This document shows positions 11,170-23,384 of a stretch of DNA of 64,000 bases, piece after piece (position 1 is the stretch's first letter; each line of letters starts with the position of its first letter). The notes beneath the pieces are model-generated. The model was not told where the DNA came from and ran no database searches. It saw only the letters and a program-made list of their open reading frames with translations. Origin of the DNA: Klebsormidium nitens (taxonomy: Eukaryota; Plantae; Klebsormidiophyceae); assembly GCA_000708835.1 (NCBI GenBank), contig DF236967.1, forward strand, positions 248,001-312,000, in the 5' to 3' direction. Made by a program: the position numbers and the translations under genes.

Positions 11170-13061
11170 CTGAGCAAGCAAGGGGACGTATCTTGTCAAG
11201 CGGACTTTCTTTGGCGCAAGATCTTTGGTTAGGAGTAGAGGGATCCCTCTAAGAGCCTCACGAGACCTTGGGGCTAACTGCGCTTCTGCATCCTCTATAC
11301 CCATACGTTTCACAGTCGTCCATTCAACCTAAAGGTGAGGATGTCAGAGCAGCGAGGGGCTCCACATTGTTGGCGCCGGCACCGGCAAACACTCCTCTTG
11401 ACACTAAGCTTACGCAGCCAGTAAGCAGCGGCTGAATCCGAAGCATCAGTGCGAGCACTGCCAACCTTAGTGTATATCGCCCAAGAGGACAACTCTCACC
11501 AAGAGGAGACTTCTGCTTCTGACAAAAGTGCGTCAAGTGACCGGCTACGCCTGACGTCATGCTTGGTGACTCAGTGCCACACAGTTCAGGCATTTTGCTG
11601 GAGAGTACACTCAATTGAAAGGAACATAAGGTTTCCCAGCAGATGTACTTTTGGACGCCTGTAATCACAATACCACGTCGATAAGAAGGACCTTGATCTT
11701 CATAGGCAGAGAGGCAAAAACTCATGTGGTGGCAACCAGTTTGGGTGTTACCTCAGAGAAGGTTCATCATAAAGATGTCCTCCGTTAGCCATCCTTGCTT
11801 CCTGATGTGGCAGCTTCTCGACATTGAAGGGCAGGAATGGGTTCCATTCGCGAAGCCTGCGAGTGTAGAGATCACCATTCGTGCCGAAACATGGTTGTCC
11901 CTGATGCTGATGTACTCCAAAAGAGAAGCGAACTGTTTGTTGGATGATCAAAGGCTCCTTCCAGTATAATCAACAATGTATGTATGCTTCTTTTATAAGG
12001 CCGTAGCGTGAGCCATGGACCTGCAATGAAAACCCTTCTCCTGGGGCTAGAGAGCTGTTGCAACAGTTTTTACTAGAAGTTTACTTCGCCTTGACTTTGG
12101 ATAGTCTAGCTAAGCAGCACTACAATGTCCCCATTTCACACTGATGTGATACATTTCATAGGTCTTCCCAGGGCTGTTAATCCAACAAACTTCACGGGAA
12201 GCTTTTCTTCCCATGCTGCAATGAGCCCAGGAGGGCACAAAAGAAGTAGAGTATGCTTCAGTGTTTAAGCAGCGGCGCTCACCTTTCTTCGGCACTTGAA
12301 CTCCCCTCCCTTTGCAGAGGGGCTATCTTGACCTCTTCCATGACGATTTTGACCCTTCAAGCACCAAGAATCTGCTCGAGGTCAGAGACAGAATCCACCA
12401 GAGTGGACCATGATGAAGCTAACGCCTCACGCCGCGAAGGCACTCATGTTCACACATGTATGTTGACCTTCCCATTGCAACTTGCAGCTCTCGGAGTCGA
12501 GGCTTCAACTTCAAGCTCACGTCTAGGTACCGCGGTATGTGGGGTAACAACGTGGTTAGTGAGTAACCGACTCATTGCCAATGCCAAACGGCCACATACG
12601 GTCCCGGCATTGGTCTGGATATGACTCATCTAATACCCACCTCAACGTCATTTCCAAATTCTCAGAGCCCTCATCGCCGATTTAGGAAGATCTGGGCACA
12701 TGAGGTTTCACATATGTGGTCAGTGTGGTTCCGGTTATAAAAGTGTTAGGGACTGAAGTCTTAACCCTCACTATCGGGAGGAAAGAATCGTAATGAGCTG
12801 GAAAACAGGATGGTCCCCCAGCTATTATACCGCCACCTCACACTGCTATGCACTACGTAGTGCTGTACTATACAACTTACAAGCTTTCAAGTGAGAGCCA
12901 CCAACAAATCTGGATGAGCTTGACAGCATTGCAATTTGCAGCAGCACTGAGGCGTTGAACAGGAGGGCTAAGCCGCGTTCTGGGTCCAGCACAAAGCACG
13001 TGATCACCTCTATTTCCAAAGCTTTAAGAAGGACTCAAAAACTACACCTCGAAGTGAAGCA

Positions 13062-16000
13062 ATGTCGGAGAGATCATGGGTGCATAAGGTCTTCGTTCCC
13101 AACGCCTCTTCCGGCACCCAGCATTACAGTTCTGGCAGGGTTCATGAAGTGTCTTGCCCTTGTCCAAATTGCCCCAACAGGCGCGCACTGGAGAGTCCCT
13201 TTGATTCAAGGCTAGCGGATGTGAGGCTTCAGCTGGAAAAGGTTGGTGCACGGACTGACTGATTCCCAACTTGCTTTTCGATATACTTGAGACTTTGGTT
13301 GATGGTCGGAAGTTTGAATGTGCGGTGATGATGCTCTGCCAGCATCTACCAGCTCCTGGCACTTTCCTCCCACACATTGACTTACACAGTGCATAATGAG
13401 CATGTGTCGTGCTTCTAGGTTGTGCTTCTGAAGCAACACAAAAGTTCCTGCCTTTACTCCAGTATCAGAAAGGTAGCCCTTTTGCTCCAAATCTAGCAAA
13501 ATAAAACATACATACAACGCATACTCTAAGCTGGTAGCAGGTTGTTTCTTCCTCATCTGAAATGCAATCGTCACCATCACACAAGATCTGAGCGGTTGAC
13601 TGTTGAAGTGAATTCCGAGTTGGCCTCCAGTCCCTTAAACCGTTTACTGTGTGGCTGCAGTTGGTGAAGAGCATGCCTGCAAGGCTTTTGAAGCCTGGCA
13701 GTCAGGGCCCGTCCCTCGAGAAATGCCTCAAAGGCATGGTGGCGCTAGGTTGCAGGGTCGAGAAGGACAAGGCCCTCATGAAGGCCCATGCTCTGGCAAA
13801 GTTCAACTCCGCCCGGCCCATCCTTGCTGCAGGGCTCTATTCGGTGTGCCAAGATTTCCAAGGTGGGTGTCTGTATGATGTAAAGCACCTCTTGTGCAAA
13901 TGACTCTGCAACAATCTACGACTCTCTTATTTTGCAGGCCTCTTTGTTTGTCTTAAAGAGGATCTGGTGGACATTGGGTTTACAGTTACATTTTGTGGTG
14001 GTGCAGCGCAAGTTGCCGGTTGCCTTTACGCATATGTGAATGACGGGGATTTGAGGCGGGGGTTCCCCGCTTACTGGGAGCCGTTTGAGCGTTTCATCGA
14101 GCTCTTGGACTCCGACAGTTGGGAGGTATGTTTCTGAAATAGTGGAGAGACCGAGTAGCTTGCGCTTGCATGGCTACAATCAAGTCTCGTTCCCTTGAAT
14201 CAATCACAGACGAATCTTCTCAAACAATCAAACATTGCACTCAGGTTCAGAGAACTTCCTTGAAAGACCCAAGTCAGTAGTATCCTGAACAGGGTTTGAT
14301 CAGCTGATGAAGGGATACCTGAAGTTTCCAAAATCGAAGATTCCAAATGAAACTCTTGTTTCTATNNNNNNNNNNNNNNNNNNNNNNNNNNNNNNNNNNN
14401 NNNNNNNNNNNNNNNNNNNNNNNNNNNNNNNNNNNNNNNNNNNNNNNNNNNNNNNNNNNNNNNNNNNNNNNNNNNNNNNNNNNNNNNNNNNNNNNNNNNN
14501 NNNNNNNNNNNNNNNNNNNNNNNNNNNNNNNNNNNNNNNNNNNNNNNNNNNNNNNNNNNNNNNNNNNNNNNNNNNNNNNNNNNNNNNNNNNNNNNNNNNN
14601 NNNNNNNNNNNNNNNNNNNNNNNNNNNNNNNNNNNNNNNNNNNNNNNNNNNNNNNNNNNNNNNNNNNNNNNNNNNNNNNNNNNNNNNNNNNNNNNNNNNN
14701 NNNNNNNNNNNNNNNNNNNNNNNNNNNNNNNNNNNNNNNNNNNNNNNNNNNNNNNNNNNNNNNNNNNNNNNNNNNNNNNNNNNNNNNNNNNNNNNNNNNN
14801 NNNNNNNNNNNNNNNNNNNNNNNNNNNNNNNNNNNNNNNNNNNNNNNNNNNNNNNNNNNNNNNNNNNNNAACTCTTGTTTCTATCACAGGTTGTAGGTCA
14901 GGCTGCGCTGGGTATTGCGGCGCTGTGTCACGCCCCATTCGCGTGTCCTGGCTCCCCTCAGCTCTTTCACCAACTCGAGTTCTTCAAGCTAGGGGCGGTT
15001 GACAAAATGATAGCCCTCATCTCTGACCCGCAAACCAAACGCTGGTCCAGGTATGCTGTCGCTGTCTGCACATGGTTCTGAGATCTCTGCGTTCGTTGAG
15101 TGCACTGCATCTTATCTAAGAATGCTTTCTTCGCTCGTGTGTGCAGCAACTTGCTTGCGATCTCTAGCCCTCAGTTTAGGACTTTTTGTGCGTCAATTCG
15201 AAGTTCCTTTGACATGTTTGCTGAAACCCTGAAGCCGCTGCTTGATACAGTAGGATTTCACTCAAATTCCACAACTTCTCCTGTCAGGTCCTACACACGG
15301 GAGGACGCGCAGATGGAGCTAGCCTACGCCCTGACCCCTTTCCTCGAAAATAGTGACAATCTCATCGGACCAGAGGCCCCTCAAAAAGTGCTTGGGGCGC
15401 CCGGGCTCATCCCCCGGTTGGTCGAGCTAGCGTCCTGCTCTGAGAGAGAAGGGGAGGTTCAGCGGGTGGCTCTACAGTGCCTAGTCTTAACAGCGGAACT
15501 GAGTCCCCAAGTCGCGGAGGTGGTGCTTCGGGCCGGAGCGAAAAAAGTGGCAGAGAAAGCGTTGAAGCAGCCCTTTGCCGGGCCAAAGAACGTGAGTGGA
15601 GCAGAACTCTCGTTGCCGGCTGCCTTTGAATGGCGAAAGAGCGATTTCTGTTGGGTTGAGAACCTACTGTCTGCACCTAAACGGTGATTCCAAATGCAGG
15701 CTGACCCTCTGAACCATGATAAGAGTTCAGATGCGGACTTGGGTATGGTTGATGATGGCAGCGTCTGGCTTGACCAATTCAAGCCCTTTGACATGCCCTT
15801 GGGTCCGATGTTTGCAGGATGGAGATCAGCAATCGAAGCAGCGAGCGGCCACGTTGTTAAGGATTCTAAAGGACGTAGAGATTGCAGCGCCGGAAGAACA
15901 AGTGAGTCAAAGTAGTTCAGGTTTTACACTTCATCCTGCTCATCTTCCTCGTTTGTTTTTGTGATTGATGGAATCTTGGAAAATATATATGGAGTTTCGA

Positions 16001-19000
16001 GAAGAAAGGGCGAGGGCAGCCGTCTTACTGTAGGGAGACGGTTTTGATCTCGAAGCAGGCGAGATATCCGCAATTGTAGGCCGAAAACACGGCTTCTTAA
16101 TCCACATAGAGGCAGCAACTGCAGATTCACGTTGAGAACTCGCAGTTCGCCTGCTGCTGACGAACACGATTGTGTGCATTGCCGTTCCTTCCAGTTGCAA
16201 ACCTGAAACCCATTTGCAGATTCGGTTGCATTAGATTTCTGAATCTTCCACCTGTCTGGCAGGCCCCGTCTTCCTCGACCCCTTCCCGCCGTGCTCAAGG
16301 CCTGCCCAGCCTGGAAGACATTGACCGACTCAGCGTGAAGGAGCTCAAAGGACTGCTGCAGCAACACGGGGTGGGTTGCCAGGAGTGCCTCGAGAAGGCG
16401 GACCTGAAGCGGAAAGTCCGCGCCCTAGTTGGAAAATCGGCAGCACAGCCGAGCCCCGAAACGCGGCCACCAGCTGCGCGGTCGAGCGGTGAAGGGCGTT
16501 TCACCTTTCAAGAGGCCGCCGCGAGCAGCACGTCTAGTAGCAGCGCGGCTGCCCCTGTCGCTTCGACCACCCCTGAGGGAAGCGCTGGGAAAACGAGGCT
16601 ACCAAGTGAGTGTCTCAATTGGGAACATCTGCGTCAAAGCTCCTCTTCTTTAGATGTTCTCTGCTTCGAAGGACTTTTCGCTCGAGGAACCGAAGCCTGG
16701 TTTGTTACCGGTGTTTGAAGAAGGTGCTGATCTGATTCGGGCAGATTTGAGGCGCCGAGCTTTTTCGTTCTTGAGCTTTCCGGTGTTCGCGTTCAGCAAT
16801 CATTTCAAATGGTGTCTCCTCAGGTCTGTGGTCGGTCTCGGGCCTGAGCATCAAGGACTTGCACGAGAAGCTGAAGGCGCTGAACGTCAGCACGGCCGGC
16901 TGTGTCGAACGCCAGGACCTCGTGGACAGGCTGACGTCAGAGCTGGAGAGACGAGGTGAGGATGAGTTCGAGGGTATGTCCGGCACCGACTGGCAGACAA
17001 GACGGCAAGACGGCAAGACGGCCCTACTTGTTGAACCCCTGCTGACTTCTTGATTTGCTGACAGCGAAGTTGGGGGGTTTATAAAAGCTTACAAAGCGTC
17101 GCTCAGCTGCTTTCAAAAGGGGTAGTGAATCTCGTCACAAGAAAGCGGGCACACTTTGTCCAAGAACGCGTCGTCATAGATAAGCCGAGAAAGCAGTTCC
17201 TGGCGTGCCGGTCCACTAAGACCAGCAGGACTACATGGGGGCACTTTTGCGTTCAACGAACTTTCCTTCGAAAAAATCTACAGTTATTGCTGGCCCGTTC
17301 TAATGCTCATATACTGGTTCCAAACACTTTCTCTTTCTGTGAGCAGCGGCGGACCCCGACTTCTTCCCGAGCTTGGACCAGGGCCTAGGGCCCCCAGCAC
17401 AACCCTCCGAAGACGTTGCGACCATCTCCGCCTTCATGAGCGTTTTGGGCACTCCCGCACACAGACAGGCGCGGCGGACTGCCAACCAGATGCTTCAGAA
17501 GCTGCTGCAGAAAGGCGACCTTCCAAAAGACACGACTCTGGAGGGCGCTGCGCAGCTGATGATGAGGGGCGGGAGTTCCAACGCGCGCCTGAGCGGGCTT
17601 CGGGTGGTGAAGGCCGTGAGTACCTTGGCGACTTTCTGATGCCTTCCGGTAACCGTCGTGGAGCTTGTTTGCATGTCAAGCTTTCTATTCGTGTTCCCTT
17701 TTTTTGTAGGCCCGTGGAGCAAGCAGGCGACAGCCAGAGCATTTCCCAACTCTGACTCTTCCAGTCTTCTCTTGCTCTGCCGTCTGGAAGAGACGCCCGT
17801 GCTTTGTCAGCGCTTTGTCGCCTGTTAAGATGATATTTTTCACTGCTTCGATTCCTTATTTAGATTATTTGCTGACTAAGAGCTAGTCTTTTTGTGCAGG
17901 CCATCGACGAGCTGCCTTCCCATCAGGCGCGGCGGGATGCAGCTGCGGCGGGCATGTTGAAAGCGACCGTGCGGCTGCTGCAGGAGGTTCACAGAGAGCT
18001 GCGCGTGGAAGTACTGGAAGTGCTAAGCATGTTCACCAGGAGCCCGTCTCTATCAGCGCAGGTCTGGTGAGTGCGCACGGTGTCTTTTAGGTGTGAAGGA
18101 TACAAGCTTTTGAAGCAGAAAGACCCGAACGAACCGGTTTCCGCTGGTAACTTGTGCTTTGAGGAACGTTGGTGGACTTTCTGCACTGTGGTGCAGCCTA
18201 ACCACTTTGATGGGGGGCCGCATATACATTGGTTCGTAGAAGACTGCTCTTTGTGTCAGGGTCTGCTCCACTTCATCCGATGTATACCAGTGCCTTGTAG
18301 GCAACTACAATAGAGCTCTTTTGAGCCACAAGCCGCCCTCAGGAGCGTAATCACTGGATGCACGGCAACGGGACGCAGAAGCCCGTTGCCAAGTACCTTA
18401 AGTCTTCCTAATATCCGCCAACGTTAGCATCTTGACTTGGCGAGACCTCCTATCGGTTACGTGTTGGAGAGACTTCTGCTTTGCTTAGTCTCTGACCACC
18501 GGCGTCCCCCCTCCGCAACCTTTTTTGCACCAAATCCTGAAAGCTTCAAGTCGCTCTCGTTCAGGAACTTCGGTGCGATGGAAGCGGTCCTCGAGGAGCT
18601 CAGGCGGCCCGTTGTGCTCGAGGCTATTGCAGCGCAGTCTCCGGACGTTGTCGGGAAATCTGCGGACCTGTCGGCGCCGGTCCGAGCGTGTCTGTGCCTG
18701 TTCGCGGACATGATGTGGCCTGCGCGCGTGGAGGATCAGCTTGTTGGAAACACCGGCATGCCCTTCAACTCGTTGAACGTGAGCTTGATTCAATCGCTCA
18801 ACATCTTAAACATGATAGGTGGCCTCGTCTGGGCCTTTGAAGGAGAAGTATGCAAATGTGCGCTCTTGCTGTGGTGAACACTGCTGATGTCCTGGCGTCT
18901 TTCGCCAGAGGCAAATCAGCTCCTCTTTGAATCTTATACAGCCGTCCCCCATCTCCTACTTCATGGCTATCCAAATGTCGGACTCCTTGTACCTACGAAG

Positions 19001-22000
19001 TCAACCACTTTTCTGGCCCTCTCTCCTCTTCCTCTTCCGGCAAGCAACCACTAGTGTCCGAAGCGTGAACCTGCCACCACAGTCCGGCTGAAGAGCTTAA
19101 AGGAAAGGCCTCCGCCTAACCGGCCCTGCTCGTCCTCTCTCTCCCAGGAACTGACGGACGCCTTCACCCGAAAACTCAACCGCTGGTTGGCGAAGCACGG
19201 CGTATACGACACCATCGGAAAGCTGCTGACGATCGCCCGCCTCAAAAGCTGGAACGCCACGTGGCAAGGTTGCGAGGCCAACAGCGTGGTTCATCACGGG
19301 ATGCGCCTCTTCCTCCAAGTCCTCATGACCACGGACCAGCAAGACAAGGTGCGAAAGCATTTCAGAAACGATACTCCGTGCAGACGGAGAGTTGGTCGGT
19401 CGGATCTTTCATCGCAGTACCGGCGCAGAAGTGCACAGGTCCCAACGGTTCTCCGATTTCCGTGGTTGTCTGCCAAGAAAAAAGGTTGACGTCTCTTCAA
19501 AACTTCGACGAGTGTTACAAGCCCTTTGATCGGGCCCGCCTAAGGGAGGCACGTTTTCGGCCGTCCTGCATGTTTTGTCTTTCAGGTTGATGGTGACCTT
19601 CAACTGCCAGAGTTTCGACCGTACTCTCGTTCCCCCCTTTCCTCCAACGAAACTGTCAGATCAGGAAATGACTGGTCTGCATGGGCCATCGAAGTAGTGA
19701 CACCAGATCTTGTGCTGCCCTGCAGATATTGTCCATGCCCGGTATGGCCGAGAACCTGGTTTACCTGATCGAGCAGTGGGAGACGTCCGAGCCCGAGTGC
19801 ACCCTGGCCTGCTCCTTTCTGGTCCAAGTACGGAACTTGCAAGATGGGCTTACGACATTCTGCACACGGGACGAGATCTTCCGAGTCGTGCGGGCGCTGA
19901 AAGGTAAGACCCGTTTGCTCTCTTCTACCTAGCGAAGATGATGAATGCGGCGTCTGCAGGGTTCTAATATCATTGTTCGACACCCTAAGAAAGCATCTGT
20001 TTGGCTCTTGTAATTTTGCCGAACAAGTTGGGTGTCCGCCACTGGAACGTCCGAAAGGTGCCTCGACCAAAGAGCGTCCAACGACGTAATCGGCAGCCGC
20101 AAAAGGAAAGTGATCACGGTGACCGGTATGAGTTCTCATAATAAGGTGTACAAGCTACCTGGATCACAGTCGAAATTTCAGCAACGTCATAGCAGCATTC
20201 GTTCTGTGCTTGGCGCATCACTCGCCGCCCTCTTCCTTCGTAGCATTCCTCTTCTTTGCGGCTCTAATGCGCATGTTCATCTCTAAGTGATAAGATTTGG
20301 TTTTACAGTTGGCTTACGGCCCTGTTCAGAAGCGGCCGTCACGAATCTGTTCTCCGCAGACAAAGCGGGGAATACTTTGTAATAGTCTGAGGTTTGCGTG
20401 CTTACCTCATTAATGATGACGCCAGCGTTCATCCACGCTGAACCATCACTAACCCGTCATTTACCCCCCTCTTTCTCAGATTCCACGCGGCGTCGAGAAA
20501 AGTCTCGCTACACAGAAGCCCATAGTTCGTTGGCAGACGCACTAGTTGACGACCTGAAAAAGGAGCGCTACCCGCCCCCCATCGGCCCAGCCCGCTTCTG
20601 GTGCAACCGCTTGAAGGAGGCGCCAGACACGGACGCTGCCGAGAGGATTGTGAAGAACTTGTTGGGGTTTTCGGAGACGCTCCCGCCCATGGCCAATGAT
20701 CAGCAGGTGCGACGAACTGCCGCAGAGCTTTGCTGGCCGTGCCAGCAACCAAGAGACTTGGTGCCAATCTAGTCGTTTAGGCACGCGCGGGGCACGTCTT
20801 ACTTTCGTCTTCGCGCTTCCGGCGCTGCTTTCACCCTTCTGAAAGGGTGTGCCGGTAACTCTTAGACAACGAGAACCTTCTGCGCAAAACTTGCTTTGAA
20901 TTCGACTGCGGGTTGTTTGCTTCCTCCTTCCGTGCACTCTTTCTGTCCGCACATCCTTTCGATATTGTGTTTATGACAAAGTCTCGTTGGTTCCTTTCAG
21001 CTGTACGAGCTCGAGTTCTGGCCCGCCCTCGCCCGCCAAGTCGTGCGCGCCAGCCCCAACCGGCGCTTCCTCCTTATTACCTTTGCTGAGGCCTTCAACC
21101 TATACCCGGAGTCGAAGGGGATCCCCCTAGAACCCGGTGTGAAGAGGATCTGGAACATTGTCGAGCCCCACCGGTCGAACGTGACGCTGCAGCTGCTGAG
21201 GGCGGGGATTGTACGGACGCTCGAGCCCGTGTGCCACGTGGATGAGACGGCAGCCCACGTGATGCACTTCTTTCAGTACCTTCCGCAAGATGCAAAGGCG
21301 AGTGGACGGTCGAACTTTTGTCAGTACCGACCTCATGCATCTAACAGCAGTCGAATTCAGCTTGGAAGGTGCATCGTATGCCGTTCCGGTTTTAAATTCT
21401 CCTTTCTATGAGTTCTTCCTGATTGTGTACTGTACGCGGGTCCTATGCTTTTCGTTGCTTCTTTTTGTATGTCCCTTCCGGCTTGTTGTCCTTCAGAACT
21501 TGCCTTTCTTCTTTTGTCGCGTCCTTGAAAGGGCATTTTGACCAGCTTTTAGTATCCAAGTACGCAGCGGATATTTCTCCCTGCACGGGTCGCGGCTCTT
21601 CGAAATACGTTCTTCTATGTTGCTCACGTTGCCTGCTGAGACCTGCTTTTTAGCCTGCTACAACTCGCTCACCAGCAAGCTGTCCATGTACCAGTTGTGG
21701 AAAAGTAAGTCATGAGCAAAGTGCCCTTCTTTTGTGCACGTTCCTGAAAGAGTCCGAACCCTGTCAATGCCAAGTAGACCCCTCGGTTCAAACTCCTCCG
21801 CCAACTGTCAGCGCGTCTTCGTTTGCTCAATCTACCAAGCTTGCAGATCGTACTGACATGCGGACGTTCCTCCAGGAAAGCCCCACCTCAAAAGCGTCAC
21901 TCGACTGGTTGTTATTCCCGTTGACCAAATCTTCCCTTCAGGTTGGCGGCCCGATTGCGAAAGCGCTTCTGACGGACCCCGACCTAATGCCGTTCCTGCT

Positions 22001-23384
22001 GCGCTTTGCCCTGCTGGAAGAGGGCTGTGCCCTGGGGGTCGCCCTTGCCAAGCTGGCGGTCAAGGCGCTGCTCAGCGTGAGCCCCTCCGAGGGCAGCGGA
22101 AGCACCGTACCCGACAACCGGTTCTCCCTTACAATCCGCTCGGAGGTGGATCCGGAGCGACCAGAGGACAGCCTCAGGTGAAGCTGAAACAGACGGCGTC
22201 GTTTGAGCCTGCTGGTTCTCGTTTCGACTTGTACCTGTGCCTTGTGATGAAGAAGGGGTCTGGGATGCACGGACTCAGAAAGGCTTTTGACAGGTGGAAG
22301 GTTTGACGATCGTGGGCTGCACAATTCTGACGGGCTTTTCTAACTGATTTACCTTCACCGAGGCTATGAAGCAAGTCGTCTTGGCGAACCGCTCAAGCTG
22401 CCCAACTGCGACGAGGCGTTGCTATCTTGGTTTACGTTATCTCACGCATTTGAGATTTGGTAAGGGCGTCGTCAGTCGTGCCCACGTCATGTCAAATCTG
22501 GGGAGCAATTTGCCTGGTGTCCCAGGGTAGGCTGTCGCCCCTCCCGAGATTGGCAACATCTTCGTGGCGACCGTTTAGGTCTACCTGCATCTTTTGACGT
22601 CGCCGGGAAACTTCAACGGGGAGAATACTGAAAGCGGCTTCTTGCAAGCGGGTTTGAAGATTCTCGTATGTGGTGGTTGACCCCTAAGCTCTCAGGCTGG
22701 CTGATTCGGGGAGTACGTTCTTCCGTCGCAGGTACGACTACCAGAGCGGCAACATCTTCGTTGGCACGGCACACGTGCGGCGCGTGTCCGCTTCCGTGGC
22801 CGACTTCATGAGTAACGGCCACGAGATCATCACGGAGTACAACCAGGCGCACCCGGACCGGCCGTACCATTGGAAGTACTTCGAAAAGTCGGAGCCGCGC
22901 GTAACGAAATACTGCCACACGCCTCCGCAGCGCAAGCCGAGGGAGTGCGCGATGTGCGCCAAGTCGCCCGCCAAGTCCAAGTGCGCACGCTGCCAGAAGA
23001 CGGTCTACTGCAGCAAGTGAGCACGGTGCCGCTTGAATTAAAGTTTCCTCTGACTGGTCAATGGTATGTCAACACGGAGGAACGGAATCTGCACCAACTC
23101 GATTCCAGATTGCTCTGTCGATCAGAGTGTCGTTTCTGCCCACAAGAATGCTCCGAGTTGCACAGCCAAGTCTGGAACGGTCTCTCATGGCACTTCTGGC
23201 TTCCGTACAGTGTTTCCTTCTTATCCTAGCTCGATCTAATCATGACGTTGCCTGCTTCCTAGTGGCAGATTATCTGGCTCCGAAGTCCGTGCTCTGCTGA
23301 TTCGTCCGCATTCTCATGTGCAGGGATTGCCAGCTGGCGGACTGGCCGAGCCACAAGCTGAAGTGTCAGCGCAAGAGCTCTTGA
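13062..23384 (+). CDS. Large multi-exon protein (~21 exons, roughly 1,300 aa): ARM/HEAT-like helical regions, two SAP/ARMET-C-like motifs, C-terminal MYND zinc finger
   Basis: ATG at 13062. Exons can be joined in phase across the gap (LLDSDSWE|VVGQAALGIAAL). Contains LSVKELKGLLQQHGVGCQECLEKADL, LSIKDLHEKLKALNVSTAGCVERQDLV and the MYND signature CAMC-x7[26 protein letters not shown]. TGA ends at 23384. The 5' exons and the 21.3-21.9 kb junctions are less certain. Confidence 0.75.
14366..14870. other. Assembly gap (505 N) inside an intron of the MYND gene
   Basis: Run of N; both flanks carry ACTCTTGTTTCTAT. Confidence 0.99.

Noticed and set aside
11310-11725. Minus-strand ORFs as the CNGC first exon
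   Set aside because: A donor at ~11498 could join via a weak AAG acceptor, but support is too thin to fix the start.
14300-15081. Long ORFs of 212-244 aa in the ORF track
   Set aside because: Artefacts of translating through the N gap.
18053-18304. Antisense ORF in a MYND-gene intron (HWYTSDEVEQTLTQRAVFYEPMYMRPPIKVV)
   Set aside because: Looks protein-like but has no known motif, no start context and no partner exons.
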